From positions 1-64,000 of the IMG/VR virus record IMGVR_UViG_3300032247_001693: a stretch of DNA of 64,000 bases. The stretch is one strand, 5' to 3'. The stretch comes from a virus (Duplodnaviria; Caudoviricetes). A program made the position numbers and the translations under genes. Numbering within the stretch: position 1 is the first letter of the stretch; every line of letters starts with the position of its first letter. This document shows positions 23,609 to 34,460 of the stretch, one piece after another. The notes under the pieces are model-generated. The model saw only the letters and a list, made by a program, of their open reading frames with translations, searched no databases and was not told where the DNA came from.

Positions 23609-24086
23609 GGTATGATGCCTTAAATTCTTTGGCAAAGTCTATAGGGTGTGGGGCATAGACGCATTCTTCTGGGAGATAGCAGTAGACTCCAAAGCATTCA
23701 CTTCTAGCACAATTTTCTTTCATGCTAGTCAGAATATGCCTAATGGTATTTCCACTACAAATCAAATCATCCACAATTATGTACTTTCGTGGAACAACGC
23801 CCTCAATGAAAAAATTAGAATATCTTTCTTCATTTTCTTTTCGAGCCACAACAATATGTTTTTGTAGAATCTCGCTAATCTGTGGTACAACCATCAAACC
23901 ACTTACCCCACAACAAACAATGCTATCAAATTCTGTGGTAATTTTTCTTAAATCACAAACAGCTTTGATAATTACCTTGTTGCGAATTTTATGGTTTAGC
24001 ACCATACTAGTATGTGATGCTCCTTGAATGATCTTCCCGTCAGGTGTTCGCCTGAAACCATCAATTTCTTGAGAGATAGTATTCAT
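23583..24086 (-). CDS. Type I phosphoribosyltransferase-fold protein
   Basis: PRPP-binding loop YIIVDDLICSGNT; SGL...ARK upstream motifs. Confidence 0.8.
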   Translation of the reverse strand: MNTISQEIDGFRRTPDGKIIQGASHTSMVLNHKIRNKVIIKAVCDLRKITTEFDSIVCCGVSGLMVVPQISEILQKHIVVARKENEERYSNFFIEGVVPRKYIIVDDLICSGNTIRHILTSMKENCARSECFGVYCYLPEECVYAPHPIDFAKEFKASYLNPLPQKT

Positions 24087-24310
24087 GATACTTCCCTAAC
24101 TAGGTGAGTGTTCCTTATTTTAGAACGTAATTCTCTAGCCATTACGATTTCATTTTCTAACTTTTTAAGATAATCATCATTAGAATGTGAAAGACTATTA
24201 ACATAATCCCTCTTTGTCGCAAAAATAAATTGACTAAGAACATTAGCTAACAAATCTTTTTCTTCTGCTAAAATATCCAAAATCATTTCAAATTCCTTTA
24301 AAAAAATAAG

Positions 24311-24386
24311 TAGGGGAGGCGGGATTCGCACCCGCGATCTCTAGCTTATGAGGCTAGCGAGGACAACTAGACTCCTCTACTCCCCG
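24311..24386 (-). tRNA. tRNA-Met(CAT), initiator-like
   Basis: Anticodon arm ctagc-ctCATaa-gctag; C1 is unpaired with position 72, as in fMet tRNAs. Confidence 0.8.
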
Positions 24387-24407
24387 TCAGTGAAATTTTA
24401 AACTTAG

Positions 24408-24481
24408 TGGAACCTCTGGGGATCGAACCCAGAACCCTCGGATTAAAAGTCCGATGCTCTAACCAGTTGAGCTAAGGTTCC
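24408..24481 (-). tRNA. tRNA-Lys(TTT)
   Basis: ggaacct/aggttcc acceptor stem; tcgga-ctTTTaa-tccga. Confidence 0.9.
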
Positions 24482-24900
24482 TCCCTATAATTCTATCACA
24501 ATCAACACACTCTGTCAATCCTATCAGTCAACAATTTTTTGAAAATCATCAACCGTAACCGTAAAACCTTCTCTCTCCAATACAACCCCTTCAGATGGTT
24601 CTACGGTATTTCCAAAGATAATTTCAAAAACTTTATATGGTTCAGACCAATAGTTCTCGTGGCTATTGCAGTCAGTATCTGCGTAATTATCTCCGTCTTC
24701 AACAGACATAAATCCATCGTACTGTTCAATCAAACATCTCAAATCTTCCAAAAAGTTTTCTTTTGTCAACTCACTCATTCTTATCTCCTCATTCCAATCA
24801 TTCTACTACAATATTATCGACCTGTCAAGACCAAAACTTTAAGAATTCTCGCTGACTACAGCCAACTAGCCAAAACCGACAGGATTAGCAAAAACAAAAA

Positions 24901-24973
24901 TGACGCTACTGGGAATCGAACCCAGATTGACAGATTGAAAGTCTGCTTTCCTGACCATTTAGAAGATAGCGCC
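24901..24973 (-). tRNA. tRNA-Glu(TTC)
   Basis: ggcgcta/tagcgtc acceptor stem; gcaga-ctTTCaa-tctgt. Confidence 0.88.
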
Positions 24974-24981
24974 AAAAAAAG

Positions 24982-25052
24982 CAAAGGCGGAGGGAGTCGA
25001 ACCCTCATCCACGGTTTTGGAGACCGTCATTCTACCGTTGAACTACGCCAAT
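24982..25052 (-). tRNA. tRNA-Trp(CCA), acceptor stem with mismatches
   Basis: acggt-ctCCAaa-accgt; normal T arm; acceptor attggcg/cgccttt has two U-U mismatches. Confidence 0.75.
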
Positions 25053-25125
25053 AACATCAGCCTCCGAAGCACTCCTATTATACACAATCTATCGGTATTG
25101 TCAATGCCAATTCTTGAGCTAGTCC

Positions 25126-25203
25126 TAAAGTCTTGAGAAATAAGGACTTACGTCGAGCCGGGGCGCCCGGTCTAGCTCTAAGTCTTTTGTTTTCAACACT
25201 TTA
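25126..25203. repeat. Double-palindrome element, copy 4
   Basis: Same geometry; core ccggggcgcccggt. Confidence 0.9.
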
Positions 25204-25208
25204 CGTCA

Positions 25209-25281
25209 GGTGGCTAGTGGGATTTGAACCCACAACCTACAGGATCACAACCTATCGCTCTGCCAATTGAGCTATAGCCAC
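25209..25281 (-). tRNA. tRNA-His(GTG)
   Basis: gtggcta/tagccac acceptor stem, C73; atagg-ttGTGat-cctgt; the genomic -1 base is T, not G. Confidence 0.88.
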
Positions 25282-25283
25282 AG

Positions 25284-25370
25284 CGGAATATGAAAGAATC
25301 GAACTTTCACCGGTTTTACCCGGCCAATTTTAGCAAAATTGTGCAGCGAACCAGTATCTGCCTATATTCC
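25284..25370 (-). tRNA. tRNA-Ser(GCT)
   Basis: caatt-ttGCTaa-aattg with long variable arm gccgggtaaaaccggt. Confidence 0.88.
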
Positions 25371-25464
25371 AAATTTTCTATCTATAAGCTGTGAGGGTCA
25401 GAGTCGGACTGACATTGACCAAATTAACAGTTTGGGGCATTACCATTATGCTACCTCACAATAA

Positions 25465-25537
25465 ATACCCAGGTAGGATTCAAACCTACAACCTAGGGAA
25501 CCAAAATCCCTTGCTCTATCAGTTAAGCTACTGGGTA
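25465..25537 (-). tRNA. tRNA-Gln(TTG)
   Basis: tacccag/ctgggta acceptor stem (U1-A72); aggga-ttTTGgt-tccct; atypical T-loop tttgaat. Confidence 0.75.
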
Positions 25538-25765
25538 AAACTACCTATCTCTATGACTTCCACTATCTTTTTTACTTTCTCTCAAATATTTAGAAGCCTC
25601 AATCAACCAATACCCCATCATTTCTAGCTTTTCAGCCTCTTTACCAGTTAGGTAAGATGCTACATGAATAAAGGCATACTCAATTTTACCCTTAGAAACA
25701 ATCTCTAAGGTTCCAAATGTTGGATCACTAAATTTTTCTGGTTTATCCATAAAGTCTCCACCTAA

Positions 25766-25838
25766 AGCCGATGATCAGAGTCGAACTGATGACAGGCAGT
25801 TTACAAAACTGCTACTCTACCAACTGAGTTACATCGGC
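25766..25838 (-). tRNA. tRNA-Thr(TGT)
   Basis: gccgatg/catcggc acceptor stem; gcagt-ttTGTaa-actgc. Confidence 0.9.
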
Positions 25839-26410
25839 AACATACCTATTATAATCAATAACCTTGATCTCGCAAGTATTGTTGACGCTCACCGGAGCGT
25901 GTACGGGTTCGTCGTGGACGGGAATCGTGCGATCCGCTCCCGCTCAGGTGCGTATTGTGTCCCATTGGGAGTTCCCAACGCTTCTTGATCTTGATTGTAA
26001 CGTTCTCGTATTTGCGGCGGCTGGTCATACCATTTTCCATCTGTGTAATAGTACCAAATTTTGTCATTATTAGGATCATACGCTACATGGTACAGGTAAT
26101 AGCGTACTGATTTTAACTGATGATCGCTCAATTGTTCTGTGGTCATTACCACAGGATGATTTTTTCTATAATCCTTATACTCACCATACACCAACATGCC
26201 CAAACCAATCAGGCCCGCCACTAGTTGTACCACATACTGCTTCATCTGTCAAGTTCTCCTTTAAGATATTTATCGGCAGTCTGGGGTGGATTCTTGAGGA
26301 ATTGGGTAGTGAAACTCGTAAATTGGGTAGCAAATTGGGTAGTGGGGAGGGGTTTTCCCGAAAGGGCTAGTTTCCGATGACGGAAAATGTGGTTTTAAGG
26401 AAAACTGATG

Positions 26411-26488
26411 TAAGTCTATATGGGTTAAGGGTTTAGAGCGAATCCGGCCCGCCCCGCTCGCCCTAAGTCCTTATGGGACAAGGGTTTG
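26411..26488. repeat. Double-palindrome element, copy 5
   Basis: Same geometry. Confidence 0.88.
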
Positions 26489-27161
26489 CGGCAAGTCGGC
26501 TATTTCCCGCCAACAGGATAGTTATAATTGTATGTATCTAGATCAATTTCTGTATGATCATATTCCTTATAACGTTTACATCTTTGGCAGTAGCAAGATA
26601 ATGTGGTAAGGAAAGTACACTCTGTTGGTGTATGATTTGTGGTATTTTCACAATTAGCACACATAAATACATGTCTTACTGCACGATCATCAATTTGTCG
26701 CCACATATTAAACTCCTAAGAAATTGTCCATTTAGCTTGTCTTACTACTGCCTCTGTGGGCAACACGATAGTATCGGGTTGGGCTGTTGAATAATCTCGA
26801 AATCCCCGTTCGTCAAGATAGAAGTTCTCATGAAGAGTATCATCTTTATTACTTTCCCATAGTACATCCGCCGCTGCTTCTAGTGGAGGTTTATCTGTAC
26901 TATAGATTAGGTGAAGGGTGCCCGATTGAATGTAATACTTAGCCATTATTCATAATCTCCTCTAGATTGTTAATCAAAAGTTGAATATCTTTAGAAAAAG
27001 CGGGCTCTTGAGCTTGATTCAAATCTCTATACAAAGTTAGAGCATCTAGAATAATAAACATATCATGTTTTTCAATATGGTAGTTCATTTTAACCTTTCA
27101 ATGGTTGGAAAAAGTCACCCCTCTATGTCAATTTGGTGTATATAAACATAAGGAGATTACT

Positions 27162-27749
27162 ATGAAAAAAACGCCACAAGATCAGATAGATCGTAATGTC
27201 AAATGGGCCAAAAACAACTCTAATAAGGTTCGTGAATACAAAAGAAAATATAAACAAGAACAAAAAGAATTATTGAAACAATATGTTAAAGAAACTAAAG
27301 AGCATAATGGTTGTAAAATTTGTGGTTGTATAAATATTAATTGTTTAGATTTTCATCATCGTATTGACTCCAATAAAAAAGATACTATTTGTAATCTCGT
27401 TAGACATGCTTATTCTTTATCTGTAGTTAAAGAAGAAATCGAAAAATGCGATATAATCTGCTCTAACTGTCATAGGACTCAACACTATACTGGTAGATAT
27501 ATGAGAAATAAAAAGAATATTAAAATTCATAATCTTAAACAGAGAAGTAAATGTTTACACTGCGGATGTAATAAAGTTGAATGTTTAGATTTTCATCACT
27601 CATCAGACAAAACAGATGGCATAGGTTCGATGATTAGAGATAAAATGATATCTATAGAACAGTTAGAGACAGAGATAAAGAAATGTATTATACTCTGCTC
27701 TAACTGCCATAGGATACTTCATTCTAATGACAAGGGAAAAGAACATTAG
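27162..27749 (+). CDS. Tandem double HNH endonuclease (probable homing endonuclease)
   Basis: Two CxxCG...CLDFHH...C.I.CSNCHR..H modules. AAGGAG Shine-Dalgarno precedes ATG 27162. It is the only well-supported plus-strand gene in the minus-strand region. Confidence 0.8.
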   Translation: MKKTPQDQIDRNVKWAKNNSNKVREYKRKYKQEQKELLKQYVKETKEHNGCKICGCININCLDFHHRIDSNKKDTICNLVRHAYSLSVVKEEIEKCDIICSNCHRTQHYTGRYMRNKKNIKIHNLKQRSKCLHCGCNKVECLDFHHSSDKTDGIGSMIRDKMISIEQLETEIKKCIILCSNCHRILHSNDKGKEH

Positions 27750-28430
27750 GCTTATTTCCATCCAAACACATTTTACAGGCTTGTCCCTCTTTAGTACCAG
27801 TACAAGTTACAAAATCCCGACCCTTACGAATTTCTGGACATGTTACAAACTTCTCACCGTGTAATACAACCAGTTTTGGTAGTGCTTTTCTCCAGATATC
27901 AGCCTTAATCTTACTCTTAGGCCGCTTAGGAGCAATCTTTTGGTCACTATCGCACCATGCGAATTTAGTAAATCCCTTACTCTTAGCAAGATTCATATCG
28001 TGTTCATTATGAATACTAGCAAAGATAGAAAAATACTTACTAAGTGCCACCAGCCTTGAATCATACACATGAGTATAAAACCACATATCGGGTAGTTCGA
28101 TACCATCAGAAATAATACTCTCACAGGCCCATGTTACATTCTCTACAAATTCAACGTCAAGTTCCCCATTTTTGTACCAATCCCCACGTTCCATGAAACG
28201 AATACTTTTATCTTTTTTGATAGCGTCAAGTATCATGGCCCGAATACGATTCTTTTCAGTAATCATATTAACAAAACCAGCCACCCGAGCATTTTTATAC
28301 TGTCTCTCTGTTGCTTCCGCATAACAGCCATTATCTAGAAATACGCAAGATGATGGACAGGTGTCGCCAACTGGCCTACTAACTACCAGACAATTCTTAC
28401 CTAACTTATCGTTACCGTTTGCAACTTTCA
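27724..28430 (-). CDS. Cys-rich phage protein (gp88-like)
   Basis: GNDKLG...PVGDTCPSSC...GCYA, WFYTH and C-terminal C...C..C motifs resemble phage gp88-type proteins. Confidence 0.5.
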
Positions 28431-28507
28431 TGATCTTTTTCTCCCTTGTGTCCACTGATTATACAGTAGATATCGGCACTGTCAAGGGGGATTCTTTAAA
28501 AAATCTT

Positions 28508-28523
28508 TGGCATGATATTTGCT
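28508..28523 (+). promoter_or_regulatory. Sigma54 (-24/-12) consensus site
   Basis: TGGCAT-GATAT-TTGCT matches TGGCAC-N5-TTGCW. Confidence 0.6.
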
Positions 28524-28578
28524 AGTGTTAAAATGTGTAAGCTAGGGCCAACATTGTTGGTTTAGCTGGAACTTTACC

Positions 28579-28656
28579 TAAGTCTATATTCTATAAGGAC
28601 TTACAACAAACCGGGGCGCCCGCCCTTGAGCTAAGTCTTTTAGCAGCAAGGGTTTA
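28579..28656. repeat. Double-palindrome element, copy 6
   Basis: Same geometry. Confidence 0.9.
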
Positions 28657-29231
28657 GGTCATTAGGTCAACCACTAGGATAATCGGGCGGAACTGGTCGG
28701 CTAGGCTTTTTTGTTGGCCTATCCATCACTCCATCATCAATCATCCACCACGGAGCAGTCAGCCTATCAATGAAGCCCAAAGATTCATGTTTGAGGATTA
28801 CATCTAGCTCTGCTGGATCACCGGGAGAAGAGCAATACTCTCCACAACCAACTCCAATACTGTGACCATAATACCAGATACCCTGACCATCTTCGGGTTG
28901 CTTATCAAAAAAACTGATCCACTGATTTTCAATAGCAGTCATAAATATCTCCATCAATTTCGTCAATGCCTAAACTCGCCCCAACACCATAATCCCCGTC
29001 AGCTGTCCTAGCAAGCCGGGACTCAATAAAATCCTGAGCATCTGCTAAATCTTGAAATTTTAGCGGGGCGTCAGGATGAAAAGCGATCCATCCATCTTTG
29101 CCAATTCGTTCCCCATCATAAGGCCCGCCACAAACAATCACGACAAACATTTTAGTTTCTCCCTTGTTGTCTCATTCTACATTCTATATCGACAATGTCA
29201 AGGGGTAGTCTTGAAAATTTCAGGATAGGCG

Positions 29232-29309
29232 TAAAGTCTTTAAGAATAAGGACTTAGGAGAAATGGGGCCGCCCGCTCTTGACGTAAGTCTTTACGTTCT
29301 AAGGCTTTA
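29232..29309. repeat. Double-palindrome element, copy 7
   Basis: Same geometry. Confidence 0.9.
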
Positions 29310-29354
29310 GGGAAAGTCTCGCATAGGGATTCTATAATAGCTTGTTGCATTTTT

Positions 29355-29800
29355 TCAAGGCTTGTCATATGCAAAGTATCCATGTACTACAATGATATTG
29401 TCATTTTCATCGAAAAAAGTAAAACTTCCATCTGCCAAACCAACAGCATTCGCTTGATGATGTTTTTGAAACAAACAGTTACCCTCAAGTTTCATAAATA
29501 CAGTTCCACTCTCATTTTCAGTTACGAATATTTCACCGGAATTAATATCTGTGAATTTTTCAACTTCGACTGGTCTTGGTATAATTTTCATTTTTACTCC
29601 TCTACAAAGATTCCCTCTACAGGAATAACACCATGTGATTGTGTGAAACTATCTTGACTCCCATCTTCCATTCTAATAGCATTCATATTAAAATAGGTTT
29701 CACATTTTACATAAAGTCTATTGCACCATTTAAAAAGATCGCCACACTTAAGTGTATCAAAATTTACTACATGGCGGTACTGTTTATATCTGATTTTCAT
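29355..29800 (-). CDS. Two tandem paralogous small proteins (29355-29591, 29594-29800)
   Basis: Shared MKI...F..(I/L)..G(E/D).F...K...NA....DG....F...V.V.G.F pattern. Confidence 0.6.
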
Positions 29801-30099
29801 TAGTTAGTTACCTCGATTTGCCACTTGTTATTAACGGATTCCACCACGATCACATTCATATTCAGTTTAACCAGTTCTGCCACAATCTTTGCCAAACTCT
29901 CAACATCATTCATATTCAGATAGATCATTACGTCCTCATAGATATATTCATCCAAGCTTCGATCACCTCAGACACCGTTATACCATACTCCTTCGCTAAA
30001 GTCAAGACCTCATCTGTACGAGGCTTGCAAACAGCGGCCATAGGACTTTTCAAAACTTTCAAAATCTTAACTATTGCTTCGTCTTTAGTCATAAGTCAC

Positions 30100-30677
30100 C
30101 CCTATATGAAAACCAGCGAATCTTTTACGTTCCGATTCTATAGTCCACACCACCGATTTGCTTTGTTTCCCTCGGCTTTGGAATAAGTGTGGAAACCGCC
30201 CACGACATTAGCCTTAGAGAATGATCTTTTCTCCTTGCTTATGCTATTATTTAACGGTTACTGGTTGTATTATAATGGCAGAGTTTTTAGCCTATCGCTG
30301 GTTTGATGTTATCTCCCCATATCAATTAAGACAAGGATGGGAAGGGCGAACTCTTTTAATCCTAACCTATTATCTAGAAACCATTGTATTGTGGTGGCTG
30401 GGAATCAAACCCAGTAGATTGGCATTACTATCCGACGTTAGCCCCGTCAGAAGCGTGCCATCTCAATAAGGCATAGCTTGTCGTATGGGCTATCCCAATC
30501 TAATCATCAGACCCACCATTGTTGTATTGTGAAGGCGGATGGATTCGTCTTGAGCTATCATTGAACTTCCTACAGTTCTCGGCTCGCAACTTGACCATCT
30601 ACATAACTTACCTGCTTATCCGCGTAGGGGCAGATGCTATCGGTGAGTTGCTCCGTGCAACCTTGCAACCTTCATGC
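30100..30677 (-). ncRNA. Candidate structured non-coding transcript or long leader (unidentified)
   Basis: Perfect TTGACA-N17-TATAAT promoter at 30682-30710 followed by about 570 nt with no plausible sense ORF and several hairpins before the next ATG (about 30092). Confidence 0.35.
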
Positions 30678-30749
30678 TATCATTATACTCTTTTTATCGA
30701 CCATGTCAACCCCACAGCTAGAGAAAATCTAAAAATTTTGAGAATGCTC

Positions 30750-30827
30750 TAAGTGGTTATTCTGTAAGGACTTACGGCGATCCGGGGCGCCCGCCCTATC
30801 CCTAAGTTCTTTAAGGATAAGGACTTA
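30750..30827. repeat. Double-palindrome element, copy 8
   Basis: Same geometry. Confidence 0.9.
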
Positions 30828-31908
30828 CGACTAGTAGTCTTCGGCCTCAATAAACTCATCACATTCATAATTAGAGTTGGATAGAACTTCCGGGCGATAT
30901 TTGCTCAACACTTTATCAGCACATTTCCCACAAACTCTAGCAAGGGGAATTCCACGGGCATCAGTTTCCCACCAACTACTCTCACCAGACCCACAATTAC
31001 AAACTTTCATGATTTTTCCTTAGTTGTTGCTAGGATCAATAGAACACAAACCAGAAACCACATTATCTCTTCGAGCAATTTCCAAAGCACTACAGAAAAA
31101 TTCAAAAAAAATCTCCAACTCATTACGAACATCTGGTTCACTACCGGTAGATGCAGCATTGAACAAATTAACTGCAAATTCGGCCACTCTATCACGAGCA
31201 GCAGTCCGCTCTTCATGCGTCAACATAACTACTTCCTATTTGTCAAAGTTTTACGACGGCGAATCTCATCAGCACAATAGCAAATCTCATCTGCATAATA
31301 CCCATGATTGGGGGTATCGGGCCAAACGCTCAAAACCTCACCACAATCCTTGATCACAAAATTCAACTCATCTATAGTCATCTTCTTAACCTTACGACTA
31401 TACATAGCATGATCAAAGATTTTTGTCATCGACATTTTCCACTTTCTCCACATACAAGTTTGAACCGAACAATTTTTGAGCTTTAAATAAAGCCCCGGCT
31501 TCGTGCAAATGCTCCACATATCCCACAAACTTACAATTCTGCACAACTCTCCAGATATATTTACTCATCGTCTTCCTCTTCATCATCGCCACCAAACATC
31601 TTGTCCCAATATTCCTTATCGAATCCGGTAATACAAACCTCCCTATCGTCCACAGACAAATAAGGAAAGCACTCTTGAATCAGACCTCCATTCATGTAGC
31701 GGTTGAGATCAACCAGATTGACTGTCAAATTGACAGCTTTTCCGCCAAGACTCTTACCAGACAAAACCACAGAACCACCATCTTCGCTAAGAGTCCGACT
31801 GAAATTGTTCAAAGCGTACATCATAATTCTTCTCCTTGTGTTCCTCGTATTCTACACAACTCTTATCGTCCTGTCAAGAGGCTAATCTTAAGAAAAAATA
31901 GATTTCTG

Positions 31909-31986
31909 TAAACTGTTGACAAATAAGGACTTACATCAAAACGGGGCGCCCGTCCTCGTCGCAAGTCCTTATGCGACAAGGGTTTG
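31909..31986. repeat. Double-palindrome element, copy 9
   Basis: Same geometry. Confidence 0.9.
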
Positions 31987-31995
31987 GGTCAAATA

Positions 31996-32376
31996 CTAGA
32001 GCGTGTCACTCTGAATGGTCTTATCGTTGATCTTAAAATCAAATCCATGTCCATAATACCCATTGTGAATATTATACAGATGAATAAACTTTTCATTTTC
32101 TCCATTTACGATACGGAATACTACCATTCCACCACCATCAAAGAGATATTCATCATCAGAAACAATTTGCTTGAAATAGGAGGTATCAAATACCCAATCA
32201 GACAGATCTACTTCATCAATGTTTCTATCCATAGGCTTTTCACACACAGTATCAGAGATAAACCAATTAGCTTCTTCACAGCAGTCCTGAGACATATCAT
32301 ATCCAAGATAAACATTATTTTCATCAACAAAATTAACCTTTTCCACCCAAGGCTCTTCCGCATTGAAAATCTTCAT
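31996..32376 (-). CDS. Hypothetical phage protein (DCCE...NGYYGH motif)
   Basis: Single-gene cassette between elements 9 and 10, with its own promoter. Confidence 0.7.
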   Translation of the reverse strand: MKIFNAEEPWVEKVNFVDENNVYLGYDMSQDCCEEANWFISDTVCEKPMDRNIDEVDLSDWVFDTSYFKQIVSDDEYLFDGGGMVVFRIVNGENEKFIHLYNIHNGYYGHGFDFKINDKTIQSDTL

Positions 32377-32463
32377 TTTCTACTCCTCTTTGATTTTTAT
32401 CCGTTCTGTTCTATCATTATACTCTAATATCGACCAATGTCAAGCTAATTTTTATAGAAATCC

Positions 32464-32541
32464 TAAATCCTCATAGAATAAGGACTTACATCAAAACGGG
32501 GCGGCCCGGCCCACCCTAAGTCCTTATTAGATAAAGACTTA
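32464..32541. repeat. Double-palindrome element, copy 10
   Basis: Same geometry. Confidence 0.9.
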
Positions 32542-32570
32542 GAGCAGGTGGGTAGCTTGTTGATGAGAAA

Positions 32571-32975
32571 TTAAAGAATCAAGCTAGCCAATCGGGGAAC
32601 CTTGAAGAGTTGCTTCCCGAACAGGGGCCGACGAAGATTTCGAGTTCGTTCGGCATAAAAATTGCGAACCGTACCGTCCATGCTCTGGCAGGTCACCAGA
32701 TGCGAAGTACGGATAAAAGAAGGGTCATCACTACGATACCGACTTCGACGATTCAGCTTCTCAATCTGAGCATCGGTCAGCTTGCGAACATCCAGCACCT
32801 TTGCCAGATACCGCTCTGCCGTCCCCTCAAGAGGCTGTTCGTAAGTGAAATGAACAATCTCACCAACCTTGGAGCTAGACAGACTGCCATGCAGACCACC
32901 GTAGACACCAACATACAACACGCAACCAGCAACAATCAGAGACGCAGCAATAGCACAACCAATAGCAAACATCAT
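32571..32975 (-). CDS. Hypothetical protein with N-terminal hydrophobic anchor
   Basis: Single-gene cassette between elements 10 and 11. Confidence 0.65.
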   Translation of the reverse strand: MMFAIGCAIAASLIVAGCVLYVGVYGGLHGSLSSSKVGEIVHFTYEQPLEGTAERYLAKVLDVRKLTDAQIEKLNRRSRYRSDDPSFIRTSHLVTCQSMDGTVRNFYAERTRNLRRPLFGKQLFKVPRLASLIL

Positions 32976-33076
32976 TTCAAAAACCTCATTAGTGTTAGGA
33001 TCACTTGAACTTCGATCATTATACAGTGTTATCGGTAAAAGTCAAGCGGTAGCTTTAAGAATTTTTTGAGTTGACA

Positions 33077-33154
33077 CAACTCGTTGAAAAATAAAGACTT
33101 ATGTCGAGCCGGGGCAGCCTGCCTTTCTCTAAGTCTTTTAGAGATAAGGGCTTA
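33077..33154. repeat. Double-palindrome element, copy 11
   Basis: Same geometry. Confidence 0.9.
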
Positions 33155-33163
33155 TGGCTTTCT

Positions 33164-33409
33164 TTATTCGAATTCGACGAAGATCACCTGATTATAGCCA
33201 CGGGGCTTGATGGTGAAGCTGTCGCCATAATTTTCCGTATCGGCCTTAACGCCGGTCATTCCCGCCATAGCCTTAGCTTGACGAACAACGCTGTGCTGAG
33301 ATTCAGCATTCTTCGGAAGAAACTCAAACCGATTCGCCCAACCATAGTTAGCTTCGCCACCGAAAAGATCGGTATGGGTCACAACGCACTTGATAGCCTT
33401 CATTTTCAT
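33164..33409 (-). CDS. Conserved hypothetical phage protein (TDLFGGEANYGW motif)
   Basis: Single-gene cassette between elements 11 and 12. Confidence 0.7.
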   Translation of the reverse strand: MKMKAIKCVVTHTDLFGGEANYGWANRFEFLPKNAESQHSVVRQAKAMAGMTGVKADTENYGDSFTIKPRGYNQVIFVEFE

Positions 33410-33513
33410 TTTCCTGTTAAAGTTAGTTCTAATCGTTCTCATCATCATGTTGGCATTCTACTACACTAGTATCGACAAGTCAATAGCCTCTTCTTGAAAA
33501 AACCTTTTTGATG

Positions 33514-33591
33514 TAACTCGTTGAAAAATAAGGACTTACGATAAACCGGGGCGCTCGGCCTTGATCTAAGTCCTTTAGATTCAAGACCTTA
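33514..33591. repeat. Double-palindrome element, copy 12
   Basis: Same geometry; the stop of ORF 33594-33995 lies 3 nt from the element edge. Confidence 0.9.
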
Positions 33592-33593
33592 CG

Positions 33594-33995
33594 TCAAATG
33601 TTGGCGTAGACCCGTTTTCCCCTAGTGACCAGTTTATCAAAAATTTTGCAGTCGATATCTTCGTCGCTATTTTCGTAGTGCCAATACTTTTGCACCTTGG
33701 GGTCATATACTACCATTTTCATCTCTTTAATATCAGTAGCTCCACAGCTAGCAATATCGCTCAAGATAAAACCATAGCATTTAATCCACCCACAAACATC
33801 TCGTTTTTGAGACTCGAAAACTTTAGCAGCTTTCTTGGGGCGATTAATAAGCTGGCATTCGCTCATCAAAATCTCATAATGTTCGGGATTCCAATATGAT
33901 ACGGTCATAAGGTTTCCATTATGGTAACTCTTCATCTGCCAGTGCTTATAATGTTCACCTGCACCCAGATGGAATCTTACTTCGTAATGTCTCAT
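33594..33995 (-). CDS. Hypothetical phage protein (FHLGAGEHYKHWQ motif)
   Basis: 133-aa ORF ending at element 12. Confidence 0.7.
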   Translation of the reverse strand: MRHYEVRFHLGAGEHYKHWQMKSYHNGNLMTVSYWNPEHYEILMSECQLINRPKKAAKVFESQKRDVCGWIKCYGFILSDIASCGATDIKEMKMVVYDPKVQKYWHYENSDEDIDCKIFDKLVTRGKRVYANI

Positions 33996-34372
33996 TTTTG
34001 TACCACAATAAGGTTAGGTAGATAGCCCATCAACATCTCAACAAACTGAGCTTTTCCAAATAATTTATATGCTTCTCTTTGTGTCATCTGAACTGTTCGT
34101 CCAGTATCAACACTAGTAATTTCATAAACTTTCATTTCTCACCCTTTCACTCTATTCTATACCACCAATATTAGCTTGTCAAGGGGGCTACAGTTCTTGC
34201 TGACTATACCACCTAGCCGAAATCCGGAGGATTAGCAGAAACGTTCCAATCGGTAGTATAACCCGAACCCATACGAGTTGATCAGCCTCGTCGTTCACTA
34301 TGGCTGTCTGTCAAGTATACCTCTATTATCGACTTTGTCAAGTGGTCAGCTTGAGAAAATTTCATACTGACG

Positions 34373-34450
34373 TAAAGTGTTGAGAAATAAGGACTTAGGG
34401 CGAAAGCGGGCGCCCCCGTTCGCCCTAAGTGCTTACACACAAAGGGTTTA
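34373..34450. repeat. Double-palindrome element, copy 13
   Basis: Same geometry. Confidence 0.9.
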
Positions 34451-34460
34451 CGGTTAGCTC

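Noticed and set aside
30360-30460. tmRNA or tRNA call for ggggctaacgtcgg...ctgggtttgattcccagccacca (minus strand)
   Set aside because: The segment is too short for a cloverleaf, the acceptor pairing is imperfect, and no tag-peptide ORF was identified. It is kept only as part of the unidentified ncRNA candidate.
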